A stretch of DNA of 64,000 nt, from contig JBKHIY010000009.1 of the NCBI GenBank assembly GCA_046538415.1, forward strand, positions 7,642 to 71,641, written 5' to 3'. Shown here piece after piece: positions 36,341 to 43,821 of the stretch; position 1 is the stretch's first letter; each line of letters starts with the position of its first letter. The notes below the pieces were generated by a model. It saw only the letters and a list, made by a program, of their open reading frames with translations, made no database searches and was not told where the DNA came from. The stretch is from Candidatus Brocadiia bacterium. GTDB lineage: Bacteria; Planctomycetota; PUPC01; DSUN01. A program made the position numbers and the translations under genes.

Positions 36341-36356
36341 GCAAAGCCTGTGCCAG
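36341..36356 (-). promoter_or_regulatory. sigma-54 -24/-12 promoter (consensus-perfect) upstream of EBP2
   Basis: Minus strand reads cTGGCAC-aggct-TTGCg, about 87 nt upstream of ATG 36254. Confidence 0.7.
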
Positions 36357-36669
36357 CTGAGCCCCGGCGGGGCGGACAGCGGGCGTCGGGCGGGGGAAGG
36401 AAGGTGCCCGCGGGGCGGAAAGAATTGCCAAGCGCCCACAGCCCAGCGGCTTACGCCGCCGCGGCGGCGGCGCGGAAAATCCAGCGCCCCCGCGAAGAAT
36501 CCGTCGCCCACGCCCCCGGGACGCCGGCGGCGCGCGGGCCGCGAGCGTACGGTGCCCGGCGCGGCGCCAGCCGCGCCGGCGCCATAAGCCCAGCGCTAGC
36601 AAGGAGCTCCGAGCGGGTGTACGCTCCGCCGTACAGTGTGGGGTGGACAGAACGGGGCGGAGGCGGGCG

Positions 36670-37110
36670 TCAGGCGAGGAACGTGGTGGTCTTGGGCTCG
36701 GCGCCGGGGGCCTGGGGCGGGCGTTCGCCGCGGTGTGCGGTCAGCTCGGCCCATCCCTCGCCCAGGGTCCGGACCACCTGGAGGGCCTGGCGTGCGGCGT
36801 GGGGGTCTTTGCGAAGGTTGGCCTCGGCGAGGCGGCGGTAGGCGAAGGTAAAGAGTCCCCGCAGGTCGGCGGCCAGGTCGCTGGGGTCGTCCTCGGGGAT
36901 GCTGGCCAGGAAGTGGGCGATGATGCGCTTGGCGCGCAGGAAGGCCTCGTGGGCCCGTGCGGGCTCGCCCTCCTCGATGCCGGCGGCGGCCTGGCGGATG
37001 AAGCGGGCCGCCGCCTCGTGGAGCATGGCCACGCGGGTCAGGGGGTCGGCGCCTTCCACCTCGGCGGCCAGGTACTGGCGCGAGGCGCGCTGGGGGTCGG
37101 TGCCAGTCAC
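36670..37110 (-). CDS. fliS: flagellin chaperone FliS
   Basis: ORF 36670..37110, GTG start after GGAGAG. YLAAEVEGADPLTRVAMLHEAAARFIRQA..KRIIAHFLASIPEDD..LRGLFTFAYRRLAEANLRKD..LGEGW. Confidence 0.85.
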   Translation of the reverse strand: MTGTDPQRASRQYLAAEVEGADPLTRVAMLHEAAARFIRQAAAGIEEGEPARAHEAFLRAKRIIAHFLASIPEDDPSDLAADLRGLFTFAYRRLAEANLRKDPHAARQALQVVRTLGEGWAELTAHRGERPPQAPGAEPKTTTFLA

Positions 37111-37142
37111 GGTGCTCTCCGCCTGGGAGTGGAGAAGAAAAG

Positions 37143-37253
37143 GAAGGGGGAAGGGTGGAGAATCGTCCGGCGTCGCTTTGCCATCGAGCCAAGCTGAGCC
37201 ACACGCCCTGGCCCAGTGTTGTTCTCAATTCGTGGCAACGCCCTTCCCCCTTC
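37143..37253. repeat. 13-bp inverted repeat bracketing most of the fliD-fliS spacer
   Basis: GAAGGGGGAAGGG (37143-37155) and CCCTTCCCCCTTC (37241-37253) are perfect complements 85 nt apart. Confidence 0.85.
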
Positions 37254-37297
37254 GTCGGTAGTCCGTTTGCCCTCCCGGCACTTCGTTTCCGTGGGCC

Positions 37298-39610
37298 TCA
37301 TCTCCGCGACTGGCTCTGCCAGGAAGTCAGTGCGGCGAGCTGGGTGTTGAGGAGGTCCTCCTGGCTCCGCAGGGAGGCCAGGGACTGTTCGAGGGCCGCG
37401 AAGCGCTCGGCCAGGCGTTCGCGCCGGTTGGCCAGCAGCTCCTCCATCCGCTCGATGCGCGCCCGGTAGCGCTCGACCTGGTCGCTGTAGCGGTCCTCGC
37501 GGCTCTTCACGTAGCCGTCCACGGGGTCGGTGAGGTAGGTGAGCAGGTCCTGGGCCTGCTTGGCCACGCCCTTGACCACGGTGACCAGGGCGGAGGCTCC
37601 CTCGCCCACTTCGTCCTCGCCCATGGCCACCTCCACGCGGAGGCCCTGGGCGTCGCTGTAGGTGCTGGTGGCCTCGAGGATGCGGCCCGTGCCCTCGGCG
37701 GCGAAGCCGTCGATGGTGCCCGCCACGTCCTGGCCCTCGGTCGAGGTCCCGTCGGCGAGGCCGAGGACGGAGGCGGCGCTGTTGGCGGGATTGTCGCCCA
37801 GGGTCACGCTGCGGCCCGAGCCATAGGCGGCGGTCTGGAGGCGGAAGTATCCGGAGTCGCCTTCGTCGATCCACTGGACATCGACGTCGGCGAGGCCATT
37901 GGCGTCGGCGGCGATCTTGGCGGCCAGCTCGCTGGCCAGCTCGGCGCCCGAATGATAGGTCTTGTGGGCCAGCTCCATGGTCTGGGAGCTCACGCCGTTG
38001 ACGCACAGGACCAGCTTGTCGTTCGTCTCGTCGATGGTCAGGGGCGCCACGGCGGGGTCGGCGATGCTCGCCCCCTCGAGCCGGCCGCGGGTGGCGGCCT
38101 GGGAGACGGCCACGCGGTAGCCGGCCGTGGTGGCCTGGGTGTCGCCGGTGGCGGCCACGAAGCGGATGCCGGCGTGGGTGGACTCGCCGGAAACCCGGAA
38201 GATGTCGGCCACCGCCTGGGGGTCGTCCTCGAGGGCTGCGGCCAGCTCGGCGCTGTCCAGGGATAGCCGCCCCGTGGCGCTCACGGAGATACCCAGGGCG
38301 TAGAGGCCGTCGGAGCCGGAGGGCAGGCCGGGCACGGTGCCCAGCACCGCGCTGCGGAGGTCGGTCTGGACCTTGATCACCGAGGTATTGCCCAGGAGCA
38401 CCCCCGCCACGTCGTTCTCCGCGTCGTAGCGAGTCTGCTCCCGGATGAAGTCGACCACCGCGTTGTAGTGGTCCACGAAGCTCTGCACCCGCCCCTGGAT
38501 GGTCTCGGTGTCGGTGGCCACCTGGACCTCGATGCTCTCGGCGGGATCGGCCTTCCTGAGCCCCAGGGTGAGGCCGGGGAGGACCTCATCGACGCTGTTG
38601 GACTCCGAGGAGATGGTGATCTGGCCGTCGCCGCTGCCCACCACCAGCTGGGCGTCGGCGGGCTCCTGGACGGTGGGCACGAAGGCATCGATGGTGAAGC
38701 GGTCGCCGGCGGCGAAGGTGCCGGCGCCGAAGGTGGCGTTCACCCCCAGGTCGGTGCCGTGGGCGTCGTCGTAGACGTCGATGGCGCCGTCGCCGGGCAT
38801 GGCGTACGTGGATCCCCAGCTCTGCCCGCCGTCCTCGCTGACGCGGTACTCGGCCTCGCCGAGCCCCCCGCCGGTCACGATCTCGACGAGGTAGCTCTCG
38901 TTGGAGCTGCCGGTGTAGGTGCCGCTGGTGGTAGCGGCGCCGGAATAGGTATTGGCCGAGTGGGCGACCACGTCGCTGATGGACGTCGAGCCGAAGTCGG
39001 GGCCCTCGCCGCCGGTCAGGTCGGCGGTGATGGCCATCTCGTTGTCTGCCCCGGTGGCGTCCGCGGTCAGGAGGAGGCGGTAGGGCACGGCGTCGGAGCC
39101 ATCGTAGATGATGGAGGCGGTGACCGCGGCGTCGGAGGCGTTGATGGCGTCGCGCAGGCCGGCCAGGGTGTTGTTGCTGGCGTCGACGTCGATGGTCACC
39201 GTTTCCCCGTCGCCCACCTGGATCTGGAGGGTGCCGCTGCCCACGCTCGTGGAATCGGTGTCGGCGTAGCCCTGGGAAGCCACCTGGTGGGCTCGGGCCA
39301 GGGAGTTGATGGTGATGCTGTAGGTACCGGGCACGGCGGTGCGGGCGGCGGTGGCGGTGAGGGCGTCCTCGTCGCTCACGGAGACGGTCTTGGCGGCGAA
39401 GGAGCTGGGGCGGGCCAGCGACCTGGCGTCGGAGAGGACGGCGAGGAGCTGGGTGTTGAGCATGCGGAAAGCGGTGAGCTGCTCGTCGGCCCTGGCCTCG
39501 CGGGCCTCCAGGAGGGTCACCTCGCGCCGCTCCACGGCCATCGCCTTGTCGATGATGTCCGAGGTGTCGAAGCCCGAGATGAGTCCGTCGACGGAAACGG
39601 TGCTCGACAT
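37298..39610 (-). CDS. fliD: flagellar filament cap protein FliD (HAP2), enlarged (770 aa)
   Basis: ORF 37298..39610 after GGAGA. The N-terminus is VDGLISGFDTSDIIDKAMAVERREVTLLE. The C-terminus is a coiled coil with ...RYRARIERMEELLANRRERLAERFAALEQ. Confidence 0.92.
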   Translation of the reverse strand: MSSTVSVDGLISGFDTSDIIDKAMAVERREVTLLEAREARADEQLTAFRMLNTQLLAVLSDARSLARPSSFAAKTVSVSDEDALTATAARTAVPGTYSITINSLARAHQVASQGYADTDSTSVGSGTLQIQVGDGETVTIDVDASNNTLAGLRDAINASDAAVTASIIYDGSDAVPYRLLLTADATGADNEMAITADLTGGEGPDFGSTSISDVVAHSANTYSGAATTSGTYTGSSNESYLVEIVTGGGLGEAEYRVSEDGGQSWGSTYAMPGDGAIDVYDDAHGTDLGVNATFGAGTFAAGDRFTIDAFVPTVQEPADAQLVVGSGDGQITISSESNSVDEVLPGLTLGLRKADPAESIEVQVATDTETIQGRVQSFVDHYNAVVDFIREQTRYDAENDVAGVLLGNTSVIKVQTDLRSAVLGTVPGLPSGSDGLYALGISVSATGRLSLDSAELAAALEDDPQAVADIFRVSGESTHAGIRFVAATGDTQATTAGYRVAVSQAATRGRLEGASIADPAVAPLTIDETNDKLVLCVNGVSSQTMELAHKTYHSGAELASELAAKIAADANGLADVDVQWIDEGDSGYFRLQTAAYGSGRSVTLGDNPANSAASVLGLADGTSTEGQDVAGTIDGFAAEGTGRILEATSTYSDAQGLRVEVAMGEDEVGEGASALVTVVKGVAKQAQDLLTYLTDPVDGYVKSREDRYSDQVERYRARIERMEELLANRRERLAERFAALEQSLASLRSQEDLLNTQLAALTSWQSQSRR

Positions 39611-39674
39611 CGTCGTCTCCAGCAGCTAGAAGCGGCGCCCCGTGCCCGGCGAGGGGCCGAAGGGCGCCGCCCGG

Positions 39675-39998
39675 TCAGCGGGCAGGAGGCAGGACACGGC
39701 GGGCGCGAGGGGGCGGGGCCCACCGCGCCGTCTCCAACAGCACCGCGGGCAGCTCGCCCAGGCGGCGGGGAGGCAGTTCCTCGATGATGGCCCCCGTCGA
39801 GAGGTGGACGAACTGCACATAGAAATAGGTTCCTCGGCGGTAGGGGACGAACCGGCGCCCGAACGAACGCCCCCCGGACGAGGGAGGCGAAGGGGAAGCT
39901 TTTGCCTCCCGCCCGGCGCGAACCTTCCCGGGTTCGCCCTCCTGGCCCTCCGGGGAAAGGGAAGCGGCAAATGATGTGCCAGTGGGGTGTGCGGGCAC
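39675..39998 (-). CDS. flaG: FlaG-like protein
   Basis: ORF 39675..39998. GTG 39998 lies 9 nt after GGAGG. RRFVPYRRGTYFYVQFVHLSTGAIIEELPPRRLGELPAVLLE fits the FlaG core (LrF..vkvvD..TGEvIrqIP.e..l.l). The position between fliC and fliD is canonical. The N-terminal limit is uncertain because a sigma-54 motif lies inside the first 30 nt. Confidence 0.5.
   Translation of the reverse strand: MPAHPTGTSFAASLSPEGQEGEPGKVRAGREAKASPSPPSSGGRSFGRRFVPYRRGTYFYVQFVHLSTGAIIEELPPRRLGELPAVLLETARWAPPPRARRVLPPAR
39967..39981 (-). promoter_or_regulatory. sigma-54 -24/-12 promoter (consensus-perfect)
   Basis: Minus strand reads cTGGCAC-atcat-TTGCc. The core and downstream flank are nearly identical to the flgF promoter at 53280. 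Confidence 0.6.
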
Positions 39999-40056
39999 GC
40001 CTTCGATCCTCCAAGCACGCCCCGCCAGGCCAGGCCGGCGGCGAGCGGGTGCCGCC

Positions 40057-40084
40057 GGCGGGGCCGCCCGATGGCGGCCCCGCC
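40057..40084 (-). terminator. 12-bp perfect-stem hairpin downstream of fliC
   Basis: GGCGGGGCCGCC (40057-68), loop cgat, GGCGGCCCCGCC (40073-84), about 50 nt after the fliC stop. No U-tract. Confidence 0.5.
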
Positions 40085-40136
40085 GGCTGAGGCTACTCGC
40101 TACAGCAGACTGCGTCGCTCAGGCCGCATCGGCGGG

Positions 40137-41987
40137 TTAGCCGAGCAGGCCGAGCACCAGCTGAGGCACCTGGCCAGCGGAGCCAAGCACCGTCATGCCG
40201 GCCTGGAGGAGGATCTGCTGCTTGGTGAACTCGCTGACTTCGACGGCGAAGTCGGCGTCCACGATGGTCGAGCGGGCGGACGTGAGGTTCTCGGAGGCGA
40301 CCCGCAGGTTGTTGAGCTGGCTCTCCAGGGTGTTGGCCTGGAAGGAGCCGATGTCGGACCGCACGTCGGTCACCTCGTCGATGGCCTGGTCGACCAGCAG
40401 CAGGCCGTCCTGGGCACCGTCGGAGGTGAGGACGCTGATCTCCGAGAGGTTGGAGAAGCCGCTGTCGGTGCTCACGTTCTCCGCCAGGGTGTCGGCCCCC
40501 ACGTCCAGGAGGCTCAGGGAGACCGTCTGGTTGCGGTCGCCGCCCACCTGGAAGACCAGGGAGTTGTCCACCACCTGGACGTCCTCGTAGGCATCGCTGC
40601 CGTTGAGGCGGATCTCGTTGCCGATGGTCACCCGCAGGGAGTTGCCCGAGTAGTCGTTGATGCTGAACTGGCTGTCCGCGGTCCACGTCACGGCCGTGCC
40701 GGCCACGCCGGAGCCGCTGCTGCCGCCCGCCGCGTCGTAGATGCGGGCCAGGCCGCTGGCGGCCGTGACGTTCACGATGGCGCTGCCCACGTCCAGCCCG
40801 GTGTTGTCGGCCTGGACCTTGAGCTGCCCGTCGTCGCCGTCGGAAAGGGTGACCGTGGTGTTCGTCGCGGCGCTGTCGCCCTCGACGTAGGACACGGTGT
40901 TGGCGCTGCCGTCCAGCTCCACCACCGCGTCGGTTCCCTGCGTCCCGTCGGCGTCGCTGTTGTCGCCGTCGGTGAACCCGGTGAGAACGCCGCTGAGGGC
41001 GTCGGTGTCGTCGTCGGGCGCGGCGATAGCCACGTAGGCGTCGCTGCCCTCGGAGGTGGTGCGGAAGCCGACGGTGTCGCTGTCCACCGCGTAGGCCTCG
41101 ACCTTCCCCCCGACGTTCCCGTCGGCGTCGATGGCCGCCTGGATGTCGGCGACCAGGGCGTCGAGGTCGAAGCCCCCGGAGAGGTCGACGTCGATCGTCA
41201 GGTCGGCGGACGTGACCTGGGCGCTGCCGTCGTAGACGGTGAGCTTGAACTCCTCGGGAGCCGCGCTGTAGTCCGTGTCGCTGGTGTCCACGTCGCCGGT
41301 GATGGAGCTGACGGTGGAGGCCTGGGTGACCTTGACCACGTGCGCTCCGGCCTCGAGCCCCTCCACGTCCTGCTCGGCGTCGGTGAGACCGCCGTCGACG
41401 AAGCCCAACGACTCGAGGGTGGTCGCGTCCTCAGAGTCCCACGAGGCGTCGGTGACGCTGTCGAGCTGGAGGCTATAGGTGCCCGTGGCCAGGGTGCTGT
41501 TGCCGAACGAGGCGTAGATGCTGTCGTTCGTCCCGTCGGCCAGGGACACCAGGTTGGCGGCGGAGCCGTCGAGGAGCTTCTTGGTGCCGAACGCGGTGTC
41601 GCGCGCGATACGGTCGAGGGTATCGAGCGCGTTGTCGATCTCGGCCTGGTTGGCGGCAAGCGAGTTGGCGTCGTTGGCGCCCTCGTTGGCCGAGTCGATC
41701 ACCAGTTCGCGGATGTGCACCAGGATGCTGTTGACCTCTTCCAGGGCGCCCTCGGCCGTCTGGGCCATGGAGAGCGCCCGCTCGGTGTTCTCCACCGCCT
41801 GGTTCAGCCCGGCGATCTGGGCTCCCTGCCGCTCCGCGATGGCCAAGCCAGCGGGGTCGTCGGCAGCAGCGTTGATGCGGAGGCCCGAGGACAGCCGCTC
41901 CAGCGCCGTCGACAGCGCGCGGTCTGTCCGCTCCACATTACGCTGGCCGATCAACGCGGCCATGTTCGTGTTGATGCGAAGACCCAT
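40137..41987 (-). CDS. fliC: flagellin (large, 616 aa)
   Basis: Inner part of ORF 40137..41996. ATG 41987 lies 9 nt after AAGGAGGA. The N-terminus is MGLRINTNMAALIGQRN...LSSGLRINAAADDPAGLAIAE. The C-terminus is ...DADFAVEVSEFTKQQILLQAGMTVLGSAGQVPQLVLGLLG. Confidence 0.95.
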   Translation of the reverse strand: MGLRINTNMAALIGQRNVERTDRALSTALERLSSGLRINAAADDPAGLAIAERQGAQIAGLNQAVENTERALSMAQTAEGALEEVNSILVHIRELVIDSANEGANDANSLAANQAEIDNALDTLDRIARDTAFGTKKLLDGSAANLVSLADGTNDSIYASFGNSTLATGTYSLQLDSVTDASWDSEDATTLESLGFVDGGLTDAEQDVEGLEAGAHVVKVTQASTVSSITGDVDTSDTDYSAAPEEFKLTVYDGSAQVTSADLTIDVDLSGGFDLDALVADIQAAIDADGNVGGKVEAYAVDSDTVGFRTTSEGSDAYVAIAAPDDDTDALSGVLTGFTDGDNSDADGTQGTDAVVELDGSANTVSYVEGDSAATNTTVTLSDGDDGQLKVQADNTGLDVGSAIVNVTAASGLARIYDAAGGSSGSGVAGTAVTWTADSQFSINDYSGNSLRVTIGNEIRLNGSDAYEDVQVVDNSLVFQVGGDRNQTVSLSLLDVGADTLAENVSTDSGFSNLSEISVLTSDGAQDGLLLVDQAIDEVTDVRSDIGSFQANTLESQLNNLRVASENLTSARSTIVDADFAVEVSEFTKQQILLQAGMTVLGSAGQVPQLVLGLLG

Positions 41988-42017
41988 TCTCAACATCCTC
42001 CTTGAAGGACTTCCACT

Positions 42018-42033
42018 CGGGTTTCCTTACCCG
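42018..42033 (-). promoter_or_regulatory. predicted CsrA-binding hairpin (GGA in hexaloop) in the fliC leader
   Basis: The mRNA reads CGGGU-AAGGAA-ACCCG, a 5-bp stem presenting GGA, 31-46 nt upstream of the fliC ATG. A second GGA-rich site is the SD AAGGAGGA (41997-42004). Confidence 0.5.
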
Positions 42034-42234
42034 TGCGACTGGCTCCCCCTGTGGGAGCGGCCCCCCGCGGAAGCGAGAGGCAAGACCGTGCTCAGTCCAT
42101 CCGGGGCTTCTCTCGCCAGAGGGGCCCCGAATTGGCCTCTCACTTCATTCGCACCTCCTCGGCTCCAAAGGGCTCCCAACCGGCCGGGCCGCACCGCGGG
42201 CCCGACACCTCGCACAGCATGTCGCTGTGGGTCA

Positions 42235-42261
42235 GTATCGGCGGCCGCGGTCCGCAGTTAA
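42235..42261 (-). promoter_or_regulatory. sigma-28 (FliA)-type promoter for fliC
   Basis: Minus strand reads TTAA-N15-GCCGATAC versus consensus TAAA-N15-GCCGATAA. It implies a leader of about 240 nt. Confidence 0.6.
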
Positions 42262-42488
42262 GCCCCGCGGCGAAAAAACTCGCCGCCCCCCGCCGGGCCG
42301 CGCGCCGCCAGGCATATCTTGCGCTCGCGAGCCGACCGCGCTACCGTATGTCGTAGAGAAATCATGGCCACCCGCACGCCATTGTGCGAGTTATGCCACC
42401 GAGGCCCTAACATAAGGCATTGAAGCTGCGTGCGTTCCAGGCGGGCGAGAAAACGTAAGTGGAAAAAGGACGGAAAGGCGTTTTAAAC

Positions 42489-42517
42489 TTGACAGCGCCA
42501 GCGCGCGTCGGTATAAC
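42489..42517 (+). promoter_or_regulatory. sigma-70-type promoter, TTGACA-17 nt-TATAAC
   Basis: -35 at 42489-42494 and -10 at 42512-42517, in a locally AT-richer stretch about 74 nt upstream of the MerR-like gene. Confidence 0.6.
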
Positions 42518-42590
42518 CTGAGTCGACCTGGATCATCACAAAATGTAGGACTTGTCCTGCGCCACAAGCCCGCCATCTAGTGGAGGAAGC

Positions 42591-42818
42591 ATGGGAGTCT
42601 TCATCAAGGACGCTGCCCACGACATCGGCGTCTCGCCGGCCACCCTCAAGCGGTGGTTCCGCGACGCCAAGGTCCGCGACGTGGCCCGCGACCGCAACGG
42701 CTACCGCATCTTCGAGCCCGCGGATATCGACCGCATCCGCCGCTACGCCGAGCAGCGCTTCGAGCCGCCGCCCCTGCCGGCCAAACGCCGCAGCCGCATC
42801 GGCGCCTCGCAGTCCTGA
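42591..42818 (+). CDS. stand-alone MerR-type HTH protein (BldC/excisionase-like, 75 aa)
   Basis: Inner part of ORF 42552..42818. ATG 42591 follows GGAGGAAGC. It reads IKDAAHDIGVSPATLKRWFRDAKVRDVARDRNGYRIFEPADIDRIRRY, a MerR N-terminal DNA-binding domain with no effector domain. Confidence 0.7.
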   Translation: MGVFIKDAAHDIGVSPATLKRWFRDAKVRDVARDRNGYRIFEPADIDRIRRYAEQRFEPPPLPAKRRSRIGASQS

Positions 42819-42858
42819 GCCGCCTCCCGGCCCGACGCCGCCCCTCGGACGGGGACCG

Positions 42859-43821
42859 ATGCCCAACAACGCCTTCTTCAAGTTCTTCCAAGACCTCGTG
42901 CTCTCCGAAACCTGGAAGAAGCTCACCCCCTCCGCGCGCACCCTCTACCCCGTCCTCGCCATCCACACCGACAAGGACTTCAAGCCCGTCTACCCCTCGC
43001 TCAAGCGCCTCAAGGCCCTCAGCGGACTCGGCAACAGCGGCATCGCCTCCGCACTGCGAAGCCTCGAGGAAAATGGCCTCGTGCGCATCTGGTCGGGAAA
43101 GCACAAGAGCGGCAACGTGCCCAACACCTACGAGTTCACCTTCGAATACGCCGGCTGCCAGATCTCCCTACCCCCGCTGCAGGGCAAGGCTACCCCCGCA
43201 GTGGGTCTAGGGCATGCCCCGGCACAGGGCAAGGCTACCCCCAACGCAGGCCAGACCCTTGCCCCCCAGGAAGAAGAGCTTGCACCCCAGAAGGCCACGA
43301 ACAAGAAGAACAAGAAAACAAGAACAAAGAGAACAAGAACCAGCACAACAAATACCACCATCCAGGGCGACGTGCACATCAATATCGACCACGGCCCCAA
43401 GCCCGCGGTTGTTGAATCCCTCAAGCAATTCTTCTCCGAAAGCCTCGCCCGACAGCTCGCCCAGGAGCACCCCCCGGAGTACATCCAGGAGAAAATCGAG
43501 ATCACCCGCTACAACCAGGAACGCGGCAAGGTGCGCGACCCCGCCGCCTACCTCCGCCAGGCCATCTCCCAGGACTACGGTCGTCCCACCGGCTTCACCA
43601 CCTCCGCCGAGCGCGAGCAGGCCAGGGCCCAGGACCACCAGTTCCAGGAGCTCAAGGAGCGCATCCAGAAGGGCCAGGTCACCATCGCCCGCCACCGCAC
43701 CACCGGCCAGACCAACCTCGTGGACGTCCCCGCCGACCTGGCCTACGTCATCCTCCAGAGCCGGCGCGGCACCCGCTGCATCAACTCCTGGGACGACGCC
43801 CAGCAATACCACTTCCAGTGA
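42859..43821 (+). CDS. winged-helix DNA-binding protein, replication-initiator/phage-O-like (hypothetical)
   Basis: Inner part of ORF 42580..43821, ATG 42859. The N-terminal wHTH reads LTPSARTLYPVLAIH..SLKRLKALSGLGNSGIASALRSLEENGLVRI. A K/N/T-rich linker follows. The C-terminus has ..RDPAAYLRQAISQDYGRP.., reminiscent of plasmid/phage Rep proteins. The functional call is weak. Confidence 0.6.
   Translation: MPNNAFFKFFQDLVLSETWKKLTPSARTLYPVLAIHTDKDFKPVYPSLKRLKALSGLGNSGIASALRSLEENGLVRIWSGKHKSGNVPNTYEFTFEYAGCQISLPPLQGKATPAVGLGHAPAQGKATPNAGQTLAPQEEELAPQKATNKKNKKTRTKRTRTSTTNTTIQGDVHINIDHGPKPAVVESLKQFFSESLARQLAQEHPPEYIQEKIEITRYNQERGKVRDPAAYLRQAISQDYGRPTGFTTSAEREQARAQDHQFQELKERIQKGQVTIARHRTTGQTNLVDVPADLAYVILQSRRGTRCINSWDDAQQYHFQ
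43180..43242 (+). repeat. 18-nt perfect direct repeat (CAGGGCAAGGCTACCCCC) x2, 45 nt apart, inside the wHTH gene
   Basis: 43180-43197 and 43225-43242. Each copy encodes QGKATP. Confidence 0.9.

Noticed and set aside
36341-36349. GCAAAGCC, which resembles a conserved segment of the GEMM-I c-di-GMP riboswitch.
   Set aside because: No accompanying GGCAAAC/tetraloop-receptor elements or paired stems are present. The same bases are fully explained as the -12 element of a consensus sigma-54 promoter on the opposite strand.
40137-41987. The enlarged flagellin considered as a possible enzymatic (flagellinolysin-type) flagellin.
   Set aside because: No HExxH or other catalytic motif is seen in the central region. 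It looks like ordinary variable D2/D3-type beta-rich sequence.
42290-42309. Possible att-like direct repeat flanking the insertion: CCGCCGGGCCGCGCGCCGCC (42290-42309) versus CCGCCGGCCCGCGGGCCGCC (43822-43841), 18 of 20 identical.
   Set aside because: Both are pure G/C 20-mers in GC-rich spacers, so a chance match of this quality is plausible over the about 300 nt compared. No integrase or tRNA is nearby.
42859-43821. C-ending codon bias of the wHTH gene considered as evidence of horizontal acquisition.
   Set aside because: The same bias is seen in the other plus-strand genes (flgE, the PEP-CTERM protein, the wzz-like gene). It therefore reflects strand compositional skew, not foreign origin. 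Only the AT-richer promoter region and the synteny break remain as evidence.
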